Shown here: positions 32,872 to 42,825 of the stretch, one piece after another | How the letters are laid out: every line of letters begins with the position of its first letter | Position numbering within the stretch: position 1 is the stretch's first letter | Origin: Candidatus Oxydemutatoraceae bacterium | GTDB taxonomy: Bacteria; Pseudomonadota; Gammaproteobacteria; Poriferisulfidales; Oxydemutatoraceae | Length of the DNA: 64,000 nt | NCBI GenBank assembly: GCA_965218975.1 | Contig: OZ244717.1 | Location: 992,001 to 1,056,000, forward strand | Direction of reading: 5' to 3' | Notes under the pieces: model-generated | What the model saw: the letters and a program-made list of their open reading frames with translations, nothing else | Databases searched by the model: none | What the model was told of the DNA's origin: nothing | Position numbers and translations under genes: made by a program

Positions 32872-34196
32872 AACGCTATCGCACATTGATTGTTATATGT
32901 ATATGCGCACTTGCGTTTCCGGCGACTGTGGCGGGCGTTGAATTAAAAGGCGTGACCGTAACCGATGACGACCGCATTACTCGCATCGTGGTGCAGTTGG
33001 ATAAACCTGCGGATTACCGGGCGTTCCTATTGAAAAACCCTCCGCGTTTAGTGATTGATTTGCTGAATACGGTTAACGTAGCCGCTAGATTGACCGAAAG
33101 GAGCAAGAATGTCGAACGGTTGCGCCATGCGTTGCATCCTGAACAAATCTACCGTTTGGTGTTCGATTTGCCCGGTGCGGTAACTTATCAACATCAAGCC
33201 GTGGTTATTCAACCCGCGGCAGCTGTCGGTTATCACGTTATTTTGGAAATGCGCCTTGTTTCCCAAGGTGTGCCTTCAGCCGTTGAGCAACCGTCCGTCG
33301 AGACCAAGCCTTCGGTTGATCTGCGCGACGCGGTGATTGTGATTGATCCCGGGCATGGCGGCAAAGATTCGGGCGCGATCGGTAAGGCCGGAAGCTACGA
33401 AAAACATGTTGTTCTTGAAGCGTCAAAACGACTCCGCCGGATGTTGGACGCTCAATTCGGAATTCGATCGTATCTGACTCGCAGTAATGACCGCTATATT
33501 TCTTTGCGTGAGCGGATAAAAATTGCCCGTCGTCATTCTGCCGATGTGTTTATTTCAATTCATGTGGATTCCTTGCCCGAACATAAAGACGTGAGAGGTG
33601 CGGCGGTGTACATGCTTTCGGGCGGGAGTGCATCAAGTGAAGCGGCACGGTGGCTCGTACAGCGGCACAGTGCGGATCGCTTTGTCGATGGAGCAAGTAT
33701 CAGAAATAAAGACAGAGCGCTCGCGTTGATTTTGATGGATTTTTCTCAAACTGCAATTATGGAACACAGTAAACAGCTTGCCCGGAAGATATTAGATACT
33801 TTAGCTCGCAAGACCTTATTGCGCACGCGTAAAATTGAATCGGCCGGGTTTGCCGTATTGACTTCACCGGATATTCCTTCGCTTTTGATCGAATTGGGTT
33901 ATCTCTCCAATGCAGAGGATGAGCGTCGATTAAACAATGCCGCTTATCAGAAGATTTTAATACAAGCGGTAGCGGAAGGCATCCGAAATTATTTGCAAGC
34001 GTATGCGCCGTCATCTAGTTGGTTTCAGCGATACACGTTTGAAAAATATACCGTTCAAGCGGGTGATTCGCTATGGGCGCTCGCGCGTCGTAATCAAGTG
34101 AATGTCGACACAATCAAACAAGTCTCCGGCGTTGCGTCGGAACGTATTTTTGTCGGACAGCGACTATTATTACCCGTCAAAAAAAACTTTCAATAA
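32865..34196 (+). CDS. amiB: N-acetylmuramoyl-L-alanine amidase (AMIN, Amidase_3, LysM)
   Basis: PPRLVIDL, IDPGHGGKD, EK, FISIH, PSLLIELGYLSN, LysM YTVQAGDSL; nnr-tsaE-ami synteny. Confidence 0.85.
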   Translation: MVKRYRTLIVICICALAFPATVAGVELKGVTVTDDDRITRIVVQLDKPADYRAFLLKNPPRLVIDLLNTVNVAARLTERSKNVERLRHALHPEQIYRLVFDLPGAVTYQHQAVVIQPAAAVGYHVILEMRLVSQGVPSAVEQPSVETKPSVDLRDAVIVIDPGHGGKDSGAIGKAGSYEKHVVLEASKRLRRMLDAQFGIRSYLTRSNDRYISLRERIKIARRHSADVFISIHVDSLPEHKDVRGAAVYMLSGGSASSEAARWLVQRHSADRFVDGASIRNKDRALALILMDFSQTAIMEHSKQLARKILDTLARKTLLRTRKIESAGFAVLTSPDIPSLLIELGYLSNAEDERRLNNAAYQKILIQAVAEGIRNYLQAYAPSSSWFQRYTFEKYTVQAGDSLWALARRNQVNVDTIKQVSGVASERIFVGQRLLLPVKKNFQ

Positions 34197-34217
34197 CCGG
34201 CAAGCACGTTTCCATAT

Positions 34218-35027
34218 TCAACGATACGTAATATCGAATCGGTTGTAACATTGGGCATATTTTAGTGCGTTTGAGGCATCGTGAATCAATCGGGTTTGCT
34301 CAAAGCGGCAGTGCGACAGATCATCTGTGCATCTTTCGGTTAAGGTATAAAAGTCACTATTTCCAAGAAATTGCTGCGATACCGTTAAATAAAGTCGATT
34401 AAGCCGCTTTGCGGCTAACATGGAGATAAGCAGTTTGGGGCCTGCAATCAGAAATATTTTACGACATTTGGCTTTTCTCAATAGCGGTATCAGACGACTT
34501 GCTTCCACTGCTTGCTCGCCGCCGATTTCAACACGGTAGCCTTTATCCCGCCACTCTCGAATGCGCCGCGTGTCGCTTTGACGAGCAGCAACGATCAGAG
34601 TTCGTTGCTTATTCAGATCCGTAGGTTCGGGAAACTGTAAACTTGTGCTGCAGATCGCGACAAAATATGATTCCGGCAGTCCTTGTTGTTGACGCCAATG
34701 AATTAAATTGTCGTTTTGCGCGGGGTGTGCCGGATGTAGAACATTACCCAAAGCGCCGATAGCCCGCGCGCGTAAATAACCGCCATGTGTCACAATGCAA
34801 TCGGCATGTGCGCGTAGTTCCAAAAAAAGCCGGAAATCATTTTTATTGGACAAGCGGCTAGGCACTTTGCTGTCGGTTCCCCTGCCGACAGCAATGCGCC
34901 CGTCGAGGCTAGTCAGGAAGCTGCCGTACACAAAAGTTCCTGTTAATGGGAAAGATTCGTTCAAATACAAGCCTTGCACCGAATCAAAGGCTTCATATTC
35001 GGGATAAAGCTGAACTATTTTTTTCAT
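34218..35027 (-). CDS. RibD C-terminal (dihydrofolate-reductase-like) domain protein
   Basis: VYGSFLTSLDGRIA, DFRLFLELRAHAD, AGPKL, RLYLT. Confidence 0.75.
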   Translation of the reverse strand: MKKIVQLYPEYEAFDSVQGLYLNESFPLTGTFVYGSFLTSLDGRIAVGRGTDSKVPSRLSNKNDFRLFLELRAHADCIVTHGGYLRARAIGALGNVLHPAHPAQNDNLIHWRQQQGLPESYFVAICSTSLQFPEPTDLNKQRTLIVAARQSDTRRIREWRDKGYRVEIGGEQAVEASRLIPLLRKAKCRKIFLIAGPKLLISMLAAKRLNRLYLTVSQQFLGNSDFYTLTERCTDDLSHCRFEQTRLIHDASNALKYAQCYNRFDITYR

Positions 35028-35404
35028 AATAAAGGCTGCCGAACTTAGTCAGGGATCAGTTCAACTAATCAAAGGAGCACAATAACCTTACTATTGCCAA
35101 TATATTCTCATGCAAGGCATAATAACTAAAAACTGCTGAGCAAACTTATTTTAATTGCAGTGAAAACTGCTGTATTTCAGGATGCCAAATGCTTAAAATT
35201 AAGTACTTTCATCAAAGTAAGTTATGCCGAGCTTTGTTCCGCGACGATGTCGGTTGGTTAATAATGCAAACATCTGCGCAACAGTACGGTGGGGAGAAAT
35301 AGCGGTTTGGTGTCGCAGCGGCAAAGCATATCTAATACGGTGATGTTAGGGAAAAGGAGTTGGTATTAATGCGTATTTTTCAGATTGAAACGAATATTTA
35401 GCCA

Positions 35405-37192
35405 ATGGCGATTCAGCAACTTCCACCGCAATTAATTAATCAAATTGCCGCCGGAGAGGTCATTGAACGCCCCGCTTCCATTGTGAAGGAGTTGGTTGAA
35501 AATAGTCTTGATTCCGGAACGGATAGTATCCGTATTGAGATTGAGCAGAGCGGCATTAAACGAATTCGCGTCAGTGATACCGGTTGTGGAATTGCCAAAG
35601 ATGAATTGGCGCTCGCACTGTCACGTCATGCAACTAGTAAGATCGGCAGTCTTAGCGATTTGGAATCCATACGAGATTTTGGTTTTCGTGGTGAAGCATT
35701 GCCGAGTATCGCATCGATTTCGCGCCTAAAACTGATCTCACGTACTGCGACGGAGCGTAGCGCTTGGATGCTGAGTGTTTGCGGCGACGATATGATGGGC
35801 GATCCCCAACCGATTGCCGGGGCGATAGGTACGACAGTTGAAGTGTCGGATATTTTCTTTAATGTTCCGGCCCGCCGCAAATTTTTAAAAACGGAGCGGA
35901 CCGAATTTCAGCACATACAGAGTTGGCTGGCAAAATTAGCGCTTGCGCGCGTTGATGTTGCATTTGAGTTTAAGCACAACGGTAAGGAAGTATTCTGTTT
36001 TCCAGGGGAAAAAGACGTGCGCCACGTTGAAATCAGATTGCAAAAAATATTGGGAGCCAGATTTACTGAACAATCGGTTTGGTGTGAGCAGACAAGCGAT
36101 GGAATGTCGCTTTGCGGTTGGTTGGGACTCCCGACTTTGGCGCGCAGCCAGCCGGATATGCAATATATTTATGTTAACAACCGGGCGGTTCGCGATAAAA
36201 CTTGCGCACATGCCGTGCGTCAAGGATACCGCGATGTCTTGTATCATGATCGCCAACCTTGTTATGTTTTGTACCTCAACATTGATCCGCATCTAATTGA
36301 TGTTAATGTGCATCCGGCAAAGCTTGAAGTACGGTTTTCCAGACAGAATTTCGTGCATAGTTTTATCAGCCGGGTAGTGGAAGAGACCATCGCCGCGATT
36401 CGACCGGACAGCGAAAAAATGCAATCGGCGGAACATTATCGCCGCTTAGTCAATGAAAATCCCTCGGTTAGCGCCGCCGCGGCGTATTCGGCACGAAGTT
36501 CAGGGAAAACCGCCTCCCTTCATTTGCTGCAATCGTCTGTTCCGCGGGCAAACGCAAGCGCTGCTCCGGCAGCCTTGATATCAGCGGGCGTGGAAGAAAC
36601 CGATCAGCAATTACCGCTAGGCTTTGCGGTTTGCCAATTGCACCAAATCTACATCGTCGCGCAAAATAGCGAGGGAATGATTTTGGTTGATATACATGCG
36701 GCGCATGAACGCATCACTTATGAACGACTGAAAAATGCTTATCATAAAGAAGGCATCCGTTCGCAGCCTTTGCTAGTCCCGATAACACTGACAGTTAATG
36801 AGAAAGAAGTGGAAATTTGCGCACAGTATCAAACGCAGTTGAAAGCGTCCGGTTTTGAAATTGATGCGTTGGGTAAAGATACTTTGGTTGTTCGTCGAGT
36901 GCCGACATTGCTGACATCTGCCGATGTTGAGAAAATGGTGCGTGATTTATTATCAGACATCATTGAGCACGGTGCTTCAAAACGCGTCGAGTCGGACATC
37001 AATGCGTTACTATCTTCAATGGCTTGCCATGGATCGGTACGTGCCAATCGCCGATTGACGATACCTGAAATGAATGCTTTGCTGCGCGATATCGAAGAGA
37101 CCGAACGTAGCGGTCAATGTAATCATGGTCGCCCGACATGGGTCTTGCTGAGTATTGATCAACTTGATAAACTTTTTTTACGTGGTCGCTAG
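35405..37192 (+). CDS. mutL: DNA mismatch repair endonuclease MutL
   Basis: NQIAAGEVIERP, KELVENSLD, GFRGEAL, DIHAAHERITYE, MACH, CNHGRP, FLRGR. Confidence 0.97.
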   Translation: MAIQQLPPQLINQIAAGEVIERPASIVKELVENSLDSGTDSIRIEIEQSGIKRIRVSDTGCGIAKDELALALSRHATSKIGSLSDLESIRDFGFRGEALPSIASISRLKLISRTATERSAWMLSVCGDDMMGDPQPIAGAIGTTVEVSDIFFNVPARRKFLKTERTEFQHIQSWLAKLALARVDVAFEFKHNGKEVFCFPGEKDVRHVEIRLQKILGARFTEQSVWCEQTSDGMSLCGWLGLPTLARSQPDMQYIYVNNRAVRDKTCAHAVRQGYRDVLYHDRQPCYVLYLNIDPHLIDVNVHPAKLEVRFSRQNFVHSFISRVVEETIAAIRPDSEKMQSAEHYRRLVNENPSVSAAAAYSARSSGKTASLHLLQSSVPRANASAAPAALISAGVEETDQQLPLGFAVCQLHQIYIVAQNSEGMILVDIHAAHERITYERLKNAYHKEGIRSQPLLVPITLTVNEKEVEICAQYQTQLKASGFEIDALGKDTLVVRRVPTLLTSADVEKMVRDLLSDIIEHGASKRVESDINALLSSMACHGSVRANRRLTIPEMNALLRDIEETERSGQCNHGRPTWVLLSIDQLDKLFLRGR

Positions 37193-37442
37193 AATTATCT
37201 GATCTTCCTTTCTTTGGGAACGGCTCCAAGAAGTTTTAAGATTTTTAATTTGATGTCTCCTGTCGAAGCGGAATCTACCAATCTCGATCGTAATACGTAT
37301 CGGTAAGCGTCAAGTTATTCAATTATTCGACGATCCGCGGCAACGTTCATGGATGTATAGGGGTTGAACATCCCACTCGGATATACCGAGCTGAAACTAT
37401 GGGTTGCGGCAACCTGAATTATCGGGGAGGAGGCAAGACTGA

Positions 37443-40400
37443 TTACGCCTCGCCCGCCTGATTATACGCAAGACTGAACACAGCATTGCTCATCCATCGC
37501 TTAAAGCTCTCGTTGTCCATAAACTGCCTGAACAGTTCGGTGTCGTCCTTCACGAGTGAGGTCATCACGTGTAACAACGCCTTGTCGTGTTCAATGCGGG
37601 CGTTCTCACGATCGGAGTTTTTCCGGGCATTGCGGAAGGCGGTGTCCACGGCGACGCGAGTGGGAATGGTCTCGGTGATGAGCTGTCGCACGCGGTCGGC
37701 GTCCTCCCACCGGATGTCGCCGGACAGATCGTTGAACTCCCTGATGATGTTCGAGAGCCGATCCATCTCAGGTTCGGGGTGGTAACCGCCTCCGGCAGGT
37801 GGCACCGGTTCGATTTCAGCGTCCTGGTCAGGTAACATGATTTGTTGCATCGCCTGCTTCTCAACCCGATAGCTGTCTAAGTCAATAGCGTCCAAGATGC
37901 CTTTGGACAGGTCGTCTTCCTTGGGGGCAGGTAGCTTCAAGATCAGAAAATTCAGGAAGATTGAGCGCTTCTCCCAGCTGGCATTGTTATAAGGCAGGAC
38001 CGACGACAGAAAGGCATAGGTCCGCACGAACGCCTTGGCGTTGCCCTTGAACTGCACCTGACCGTCTTCGTCCAGGTCGCGCAGATAGACCGCCACGCAG
38101 GCGTCGAGGATCGGGTCGAGCCGGTTGCGTTCGGCGTCGTTCAGGTAGCATCGCACGAAATCTTCAATCTGCTCGTTGGAATACACCTGGACGCGATCCA
38201 GATCCGCCTGCAGGTCGTGTAGCTTATTGGGGTCGGTCTCGTCGGCCAGGATCGTTGCGCGGTAGAAATCTGCGAACGCGTCGCGGATCGTATCGGCGTC
38301 GTTCAGAAAATCAAGCACGAACACGTCGTGCTTCTTGAGGTGAGCCCGGTTGAGTCGCGACAACGTTTGCACCGCCCTGATATCCGAGAGCGTCTTGTCC
38401 ACGTACATCGTGTGCAACAGCGGTTCGTCGTAGCCGGTCTGGAACTTGTCGGCGCAGACTAGGAAGCGGTACGGGTCTTCTTGGAACCGCTCGGTGATCC
38501 TGGCGGAAGGAAAGCCGTTCAGCGATGCCTCGCTGACCCTTGATCCGCCGTGCTCGTGCTCGCCTGAGAATGCGACTAGGGCCTGATAGCGGCTCTTACA
38601 CTCTTGCAGGTAGTTCCGAATGGCATAAAAGTACCGGATCGCGTGATTGATACCGTTGGTGACCACCATCGCCCGCGCTTCGCCGCCGATCTTTTTTTGG
38701 GCCAGCACTTGTTCGCGGAAATGATCGACCATGATCTCAGCCTTGAGACGGATTGCGTGGTCGCTGCCCTCCACGAAACGCCGCAGCTTCTTCTGCGCTT
38801 TGCTGGCGTCGAACTCCGGGTCGTTCTCCACTGTCTTAGCAAGCCTGTAATAGCTATTCACCGGCATGTAGTGGGCGAGCACGTCGAGGATAAATTTCTC
38901 CTGAATCGCCTGCTTCATGGTGTAGCTGTGGAAGGCATGATGCTTCACGGCGCCATCCGGCTGCGGGTCCGGGGTGCCGAAGATCTCCAACGTTTTGTTC
39001 TTGGGCGTGGCGGTAAACGCAAAGTAGCTGGCGTTGGGGAGCAGCTTGCGCGACTCCATCAGGCGGTTGATCTGATCCTCGTAGGTCTCCTCTTCGCTTG
39101 CTCTGCCGCCCGGCGACAGCGACTGTGCCATAGCTGCGCTGGTTCGCCCGCCCTGGCTGGAGTGTGCCTCGTCAATTATGATCGCGAAGCTGCGTCCGCG
39201 CTGCTCGTTGCCGATCTTGTCGAGGACGAACGGGAACTTCTGCAGCGTGGAGATGATGATCTTCTTGCCGCTCTCAATGAATTTGCGCAGGTCGTCCGCG
39301 TGCTTCGCGTGCCCACCGTTGATCCCACTTGGGTGTACTGCCGAATCGTATCGCAGATCTGCCGGTCAAGGATACGGCGGTCGGTAACCACGATGATTGA
39401 ATCGAACACCGGGGTGCCGTCTCTGGCCAGCCCGATCAGTTGGCGGGCAAACCACGCGATGGAATTGCTCTTGCCGCTGCCGGCCGAATGTTGGATCAGG
39501 TAGCGCCGACCCGCGCCGTGAGTGCCGACGTCGGTCAGCAGGCGGCGCACCACGTCGAGTTGGTGGCAGCGCGGCCAGATCTGAGTGCGCTTCTTTTTGC
39601 CGGTTTTCTCGTCCTTCGCCTCCACTACCTGAGCGTAGTTTTCCAGGATGTCGGTCAGGCTCTCGCGGGTCAGCACTTTGTGCCACAGGTAGTCGGATGC
39701 CAGCCCGTTCGGATTGGGCGGATTACCTGCGCCGTCATTCCAGCCGCGGTTGAAGGGCAAGAACCAAGACGCCTTCCCATTGAGATGGGTGCAGAATTGT
39801 ACCTCGCGCTCGTCTACGGCGAAGTGCGCTACGCAGCGGCCAAGCTTAAACAGCCTCTCGCGCGGGTTGCGGTCTCGTTGATACTGCAATACCGCATCGC
39901 CTGCCGTTTGCTTAGTAAGGTTGTTCTTGAGTTCGAAGGTGAACACCGGCAGTCCGTTAATGAATAGCCCGATGTCCAGCGCCCGCTGTGCTTCGTTACG
40001 GCTGTAGCGTAGCTGCCGGCTGACGGTGAAACGGTTTTGCTCGAACCGTTCCTGTGCCTGCTGATTACCGGGCGAGGGTGTGCCGTAGAACAGATTCAGG
40101 TGCTGTGCTCCATGCTTGATTCCTTGGCGTAGCGCGTCAATGGTGCCGCGCTTGGAGATTTCATCTTGCAGCCGCGCCAAGAACCGGCGTCGCGTGGGTC
40201 CGTCCTCGGAAAGCGCCAACGATTCGGCGGCTTCCGGCTGAGTGGCGCACAGGAAAGCCGCAAGTTGGGCCAGATCAACACAGTGCTCGCGGTCGTAATC
40301 ATTGGAGTTGCCGCCGCTCCAGCCCACACCACCGTAGCGGGTGGGCGGCCTGGCCACGGTGCGTGTCGCCACCGGATCGCAGGGATGGCCTGCCAGCGCC

Positions 40401-40447
40401 GTGCAGATGAGGCGTTCGAGACTGCGTTCGGAAGTGTCTGTAGCCAT
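37443..40447 (-). pseudogene. hsdR: Type I restriction endonuclease subunit R, split by a 1-bp frameshift at ~39312
   Basis: FELKNNLTKQ, FLPFNRG, QHSAGSGKS; frame is restored by one extra G to give VGHAKHADDLRKFIESGKKIIISTLQKFP...IIDEAHSSQGG; then FTATPK, KFQTGYDEP, QTLSRLNR. Confidence 0.85.
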
Positions 40448-40550
40448 TCTATCAAGTGCCCGTCAAGTAAAAACGACTCTCATAAGTTACTGATTATCTT
40501 GGCCTTTCTTTGATTCCACAGGACGAAATACCTCTGCAGCAACTATCTGA

Positions 40551-40802
40551 TCAAGTAACGGTCAAGCTCTCTTTCTTCGCCCACCACGGCACATATCGCT
40601 TCCACTTAGGGGCCGCATTGGGATCGTTAGGCATTATAGCGCCTTCATCAATCGCTTCTGTGATCAGTCGCGAAGCCTGCGCGCTGTTGCGTGCCGCAAT
40701 GCGAAATCGTCCCCGAACCGAGGCATTGGTCACGTATTCCCGGTTCACATATCGCAGGCAGGCATGAAAATACGTAGCGCGCACTCTCTCTGTTTTGTCC
40801 AT
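40551..40802 (-). pseudogene. C-terminal winged-helix fragment of an AlbA/ATP-binding (RecG-C-like) regulator
   Basis: MDKTERVRATYFHACLRY...TNASVRGRF...ASRLI.EA...YVPWWA is the typical end of this family; the N-terminal part is absent. Confidence 0.6.
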
Positions 40803-40811
40803 GTTTGACAG

Positions 40812-41527
40812 CGGTCAATCATGCGTAATCCTGCCACATCGGCACCCGCTTCTATGTATCGATCATAATTCGTCGTAAAGAGATGTAAGCGTTCACGGGT
40901 GCCTGATCGGCTGGCGAAACTCATTAGAAAGCTGACGAGATAGTTGAAAGCTTGCTCACGTTTCTCATGTTCTGCCGAGACAAGGTTGCGCTCCCCTTCT
41001 AAGAGTGAAGCAGTAAACGATTGGATTGCTTTTGCCAGCCCTTCTCGCAAGGATGAGATTTGCGTGCGTTCTGGAGCATCGTCCGACTTCTTGGAAGCGA
41101 TTATCTCCAAGCCACGGAATAACTCGTTCGCTACTCGAATCTGATCCTCGAAGTTTCCGCTCTGGCGTCGTGTGGTTTCCGCAATCCGCTTTGCCTCTGC
41201 CGCGATTTCATCATCAAAAACACCAAACCGGATGGTTTCCATCCCTGGTAGTTCCTTATCCATTGCTATTCCATGAACAGCGTGGGTGAGACCCGAGCCG
41301 ATGAGTAAAGAAAGGTGTTCAGATTGAACAAGCGCGGTCAGCCACGGCTCAATGCGAGGTCAAAGCTTCTCAGGGCCAATATCGTCGCGATCAGTTGCCC
41401 ACGAGCACGTTGCCTTGTTTGATAACTTGAATGGTTGTTCTGACAACGAGTCGGCTCGGTCCATGAGAACTATCGAGTGGTCATCCCGCGATTTGAGAAT
41501 TTGTTGGTGACCTTGTTTCGCTATCAT
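40812..41527 (-). pseudogene. SIR2-family (SIR2_2) protein, N-terminal part; internal TGA at 41360-41362 and 3' truncation
   Basis: GGAGGTG Shine-Dalgarno and ATG at 41527; EKL*PRIEPWLTALVQSEHLSLLIGSGLT; LHLFTTNYD; sequence breaks off after RMIDR, before the expected KLHGS motif. Confidence 0.75.
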
Positions 41528-41530
41528 GCT

Positions 41531-41647
41531 TCACCTCCTAATAGCTTCCCTGTTTCTCTCTAGAGTCAGGATGTCGGCACGGATTCCTTCCAGCGTGCGC
41601 ATCGGTTGCGGCTGGCAGCCGGGAAAGGATTTGAAGCAGGAGATCAT
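41531..41647 (-). pseudogene. Short scar resembling the C-terminus of type I R-M subunit M
   Basis: Reads QPQPMRTLEGIRADILTLER, close to the PQPMRTLEEIRADILALE ending of HsdM proteins. Confidence 0.45.
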
Positions 41648-42825
41648 GTGTTAGCCTCCGGCTCGGTATCGTGGAAAAGGCCAATATAGTCCCGATACAT
41701 GAACCTCCGGTTGCGGGTCTGACCGGTGAATTCGTGCAGGATGCCGCAATTGGCCATCCGCGCAACGAGATTGTTTGCCGCGGTGTAGGTTATTCCGGTC
41801 AGGCGCTGCACGCTACTTACCGATACGATCGGGTATTCATAGATATATTCCAGCACACGATGGCCGTTGGCGGCGGCGCGGCCGAAGTTGTCGGTGATCA
41901 CACGACGGTGTTCTTCACGGAGAACGAGTATTTGCCTCGCTGTGTCGGTTGCCTGTTTGCTCACCTCCACAACCCCACGCAGGAAAAAGGTGAGCCACCG
42001 TTCCCACGTTCCGGCGTCACGCACCGATTGCAGTTCGTCGTAGTATTGCTGCCGGTGCTGTTTGAAGAACCAGGAGAGGTAGAGAACCGGTTTTTGTAAC
42101 ACCTCCCGCTCGCAGAGTAAAAAGGTGATGAGCAGCCGCCCTACGCGCCCATTGCCATCCAAGAAGGGGTGGATCGTCTCGAACTGGCCATGGGCGAGTC
42201 CGATTTTGACCAGTAGAGGCAGGTCGGTCTCGGCGTGGATGAATCGTTCCAATTGCGACATATCCTCCGCGACCTGATGGGGCGGAGGCGGGACGAAGAG
42301 AGCTTCATGCAGCGTACAGCCGGCAGGCCCGGTCCAGTTCTGGCTGCTCCGCAGTTCGCCGGGCGTGAGATGAGAACCTCGCGTGCCTTGGAGAAGTTTG
42401 GCATGGATTTCACGGATCAGTTGGATTGAAACCGGTATTTCAGACAACCTTTTTAGACCGTGATTCATGGCATTGACATAGTTCACCACTTCGCCTACGT
42501 CGTTTGCTCGATTCGGAGTGAATATTCTCGCTTCAGCTGCCAGCAGATCCTGCAGCGAGCTTTGCGTCCCCTCAATCTGGCTCGACAGCACGGCTTCCTT
42601 GCGGACGTACATGAGAACAAATAAATCCGGATGAGGTAGTGTTTGTATGGACCCGTCAAGACGACCCAGGGCGCGGTCGGCCTGAGAAAGCAGCACTTGC
42701 AACTCTCCAGTGATTTTGACGGGCGAATCAGGCGGCAAAGGCGTCGGAATGAAGGCTCGGTAACCGTCTCGCTGTTGCCTGTACGTCCCTGCGCGAGCAG
42801 TATAATCGTTTTGGTAGTCGGTCAT
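41644..42825 (-). CDS. Fic family protein (class II, N-terminal autoinhibitory motif)
   Basis: HPFLDGNGRVGR Fic motif, SSQIEG inhibitory motif, C-terminal wHTH ending TGQTRNRRF. Confidence 0.93.
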   Translation of the reverse strand: MTDYQNDYTARAGTYRQQRDGYRAFIPTPLPPDSPVKITGELQVLLSQADRALGRLDGSIQTLPHPDLFVLMYVRKEAVLSSQIEGTQSSLQDLLAAEARIFTPNRANDVGEVVNYVNAMNHGLKRLSEIPVSIQLIREIHAKLLQGTRGSHLTPGELRSSQNWTGPAGCTLHEALFVPPPPHQVAEDMSQLERFIHAETDLPLLVKIGLAHGQFETIHPFLDGNGRVGRLLITFLLCEREVLQKPVLYLSWFFKQHRQQYYDELQSVRDAGTWERWLTFFLRGVVEVSKQATDTARQILVLREEHRRVITDNFGRAAANGHRVLEYIYEYPIVSVSSVQRLTGITYTAANNLVARMANCGILHEFTGQTRNRRFMYRDYIGLFHDTEPEANT

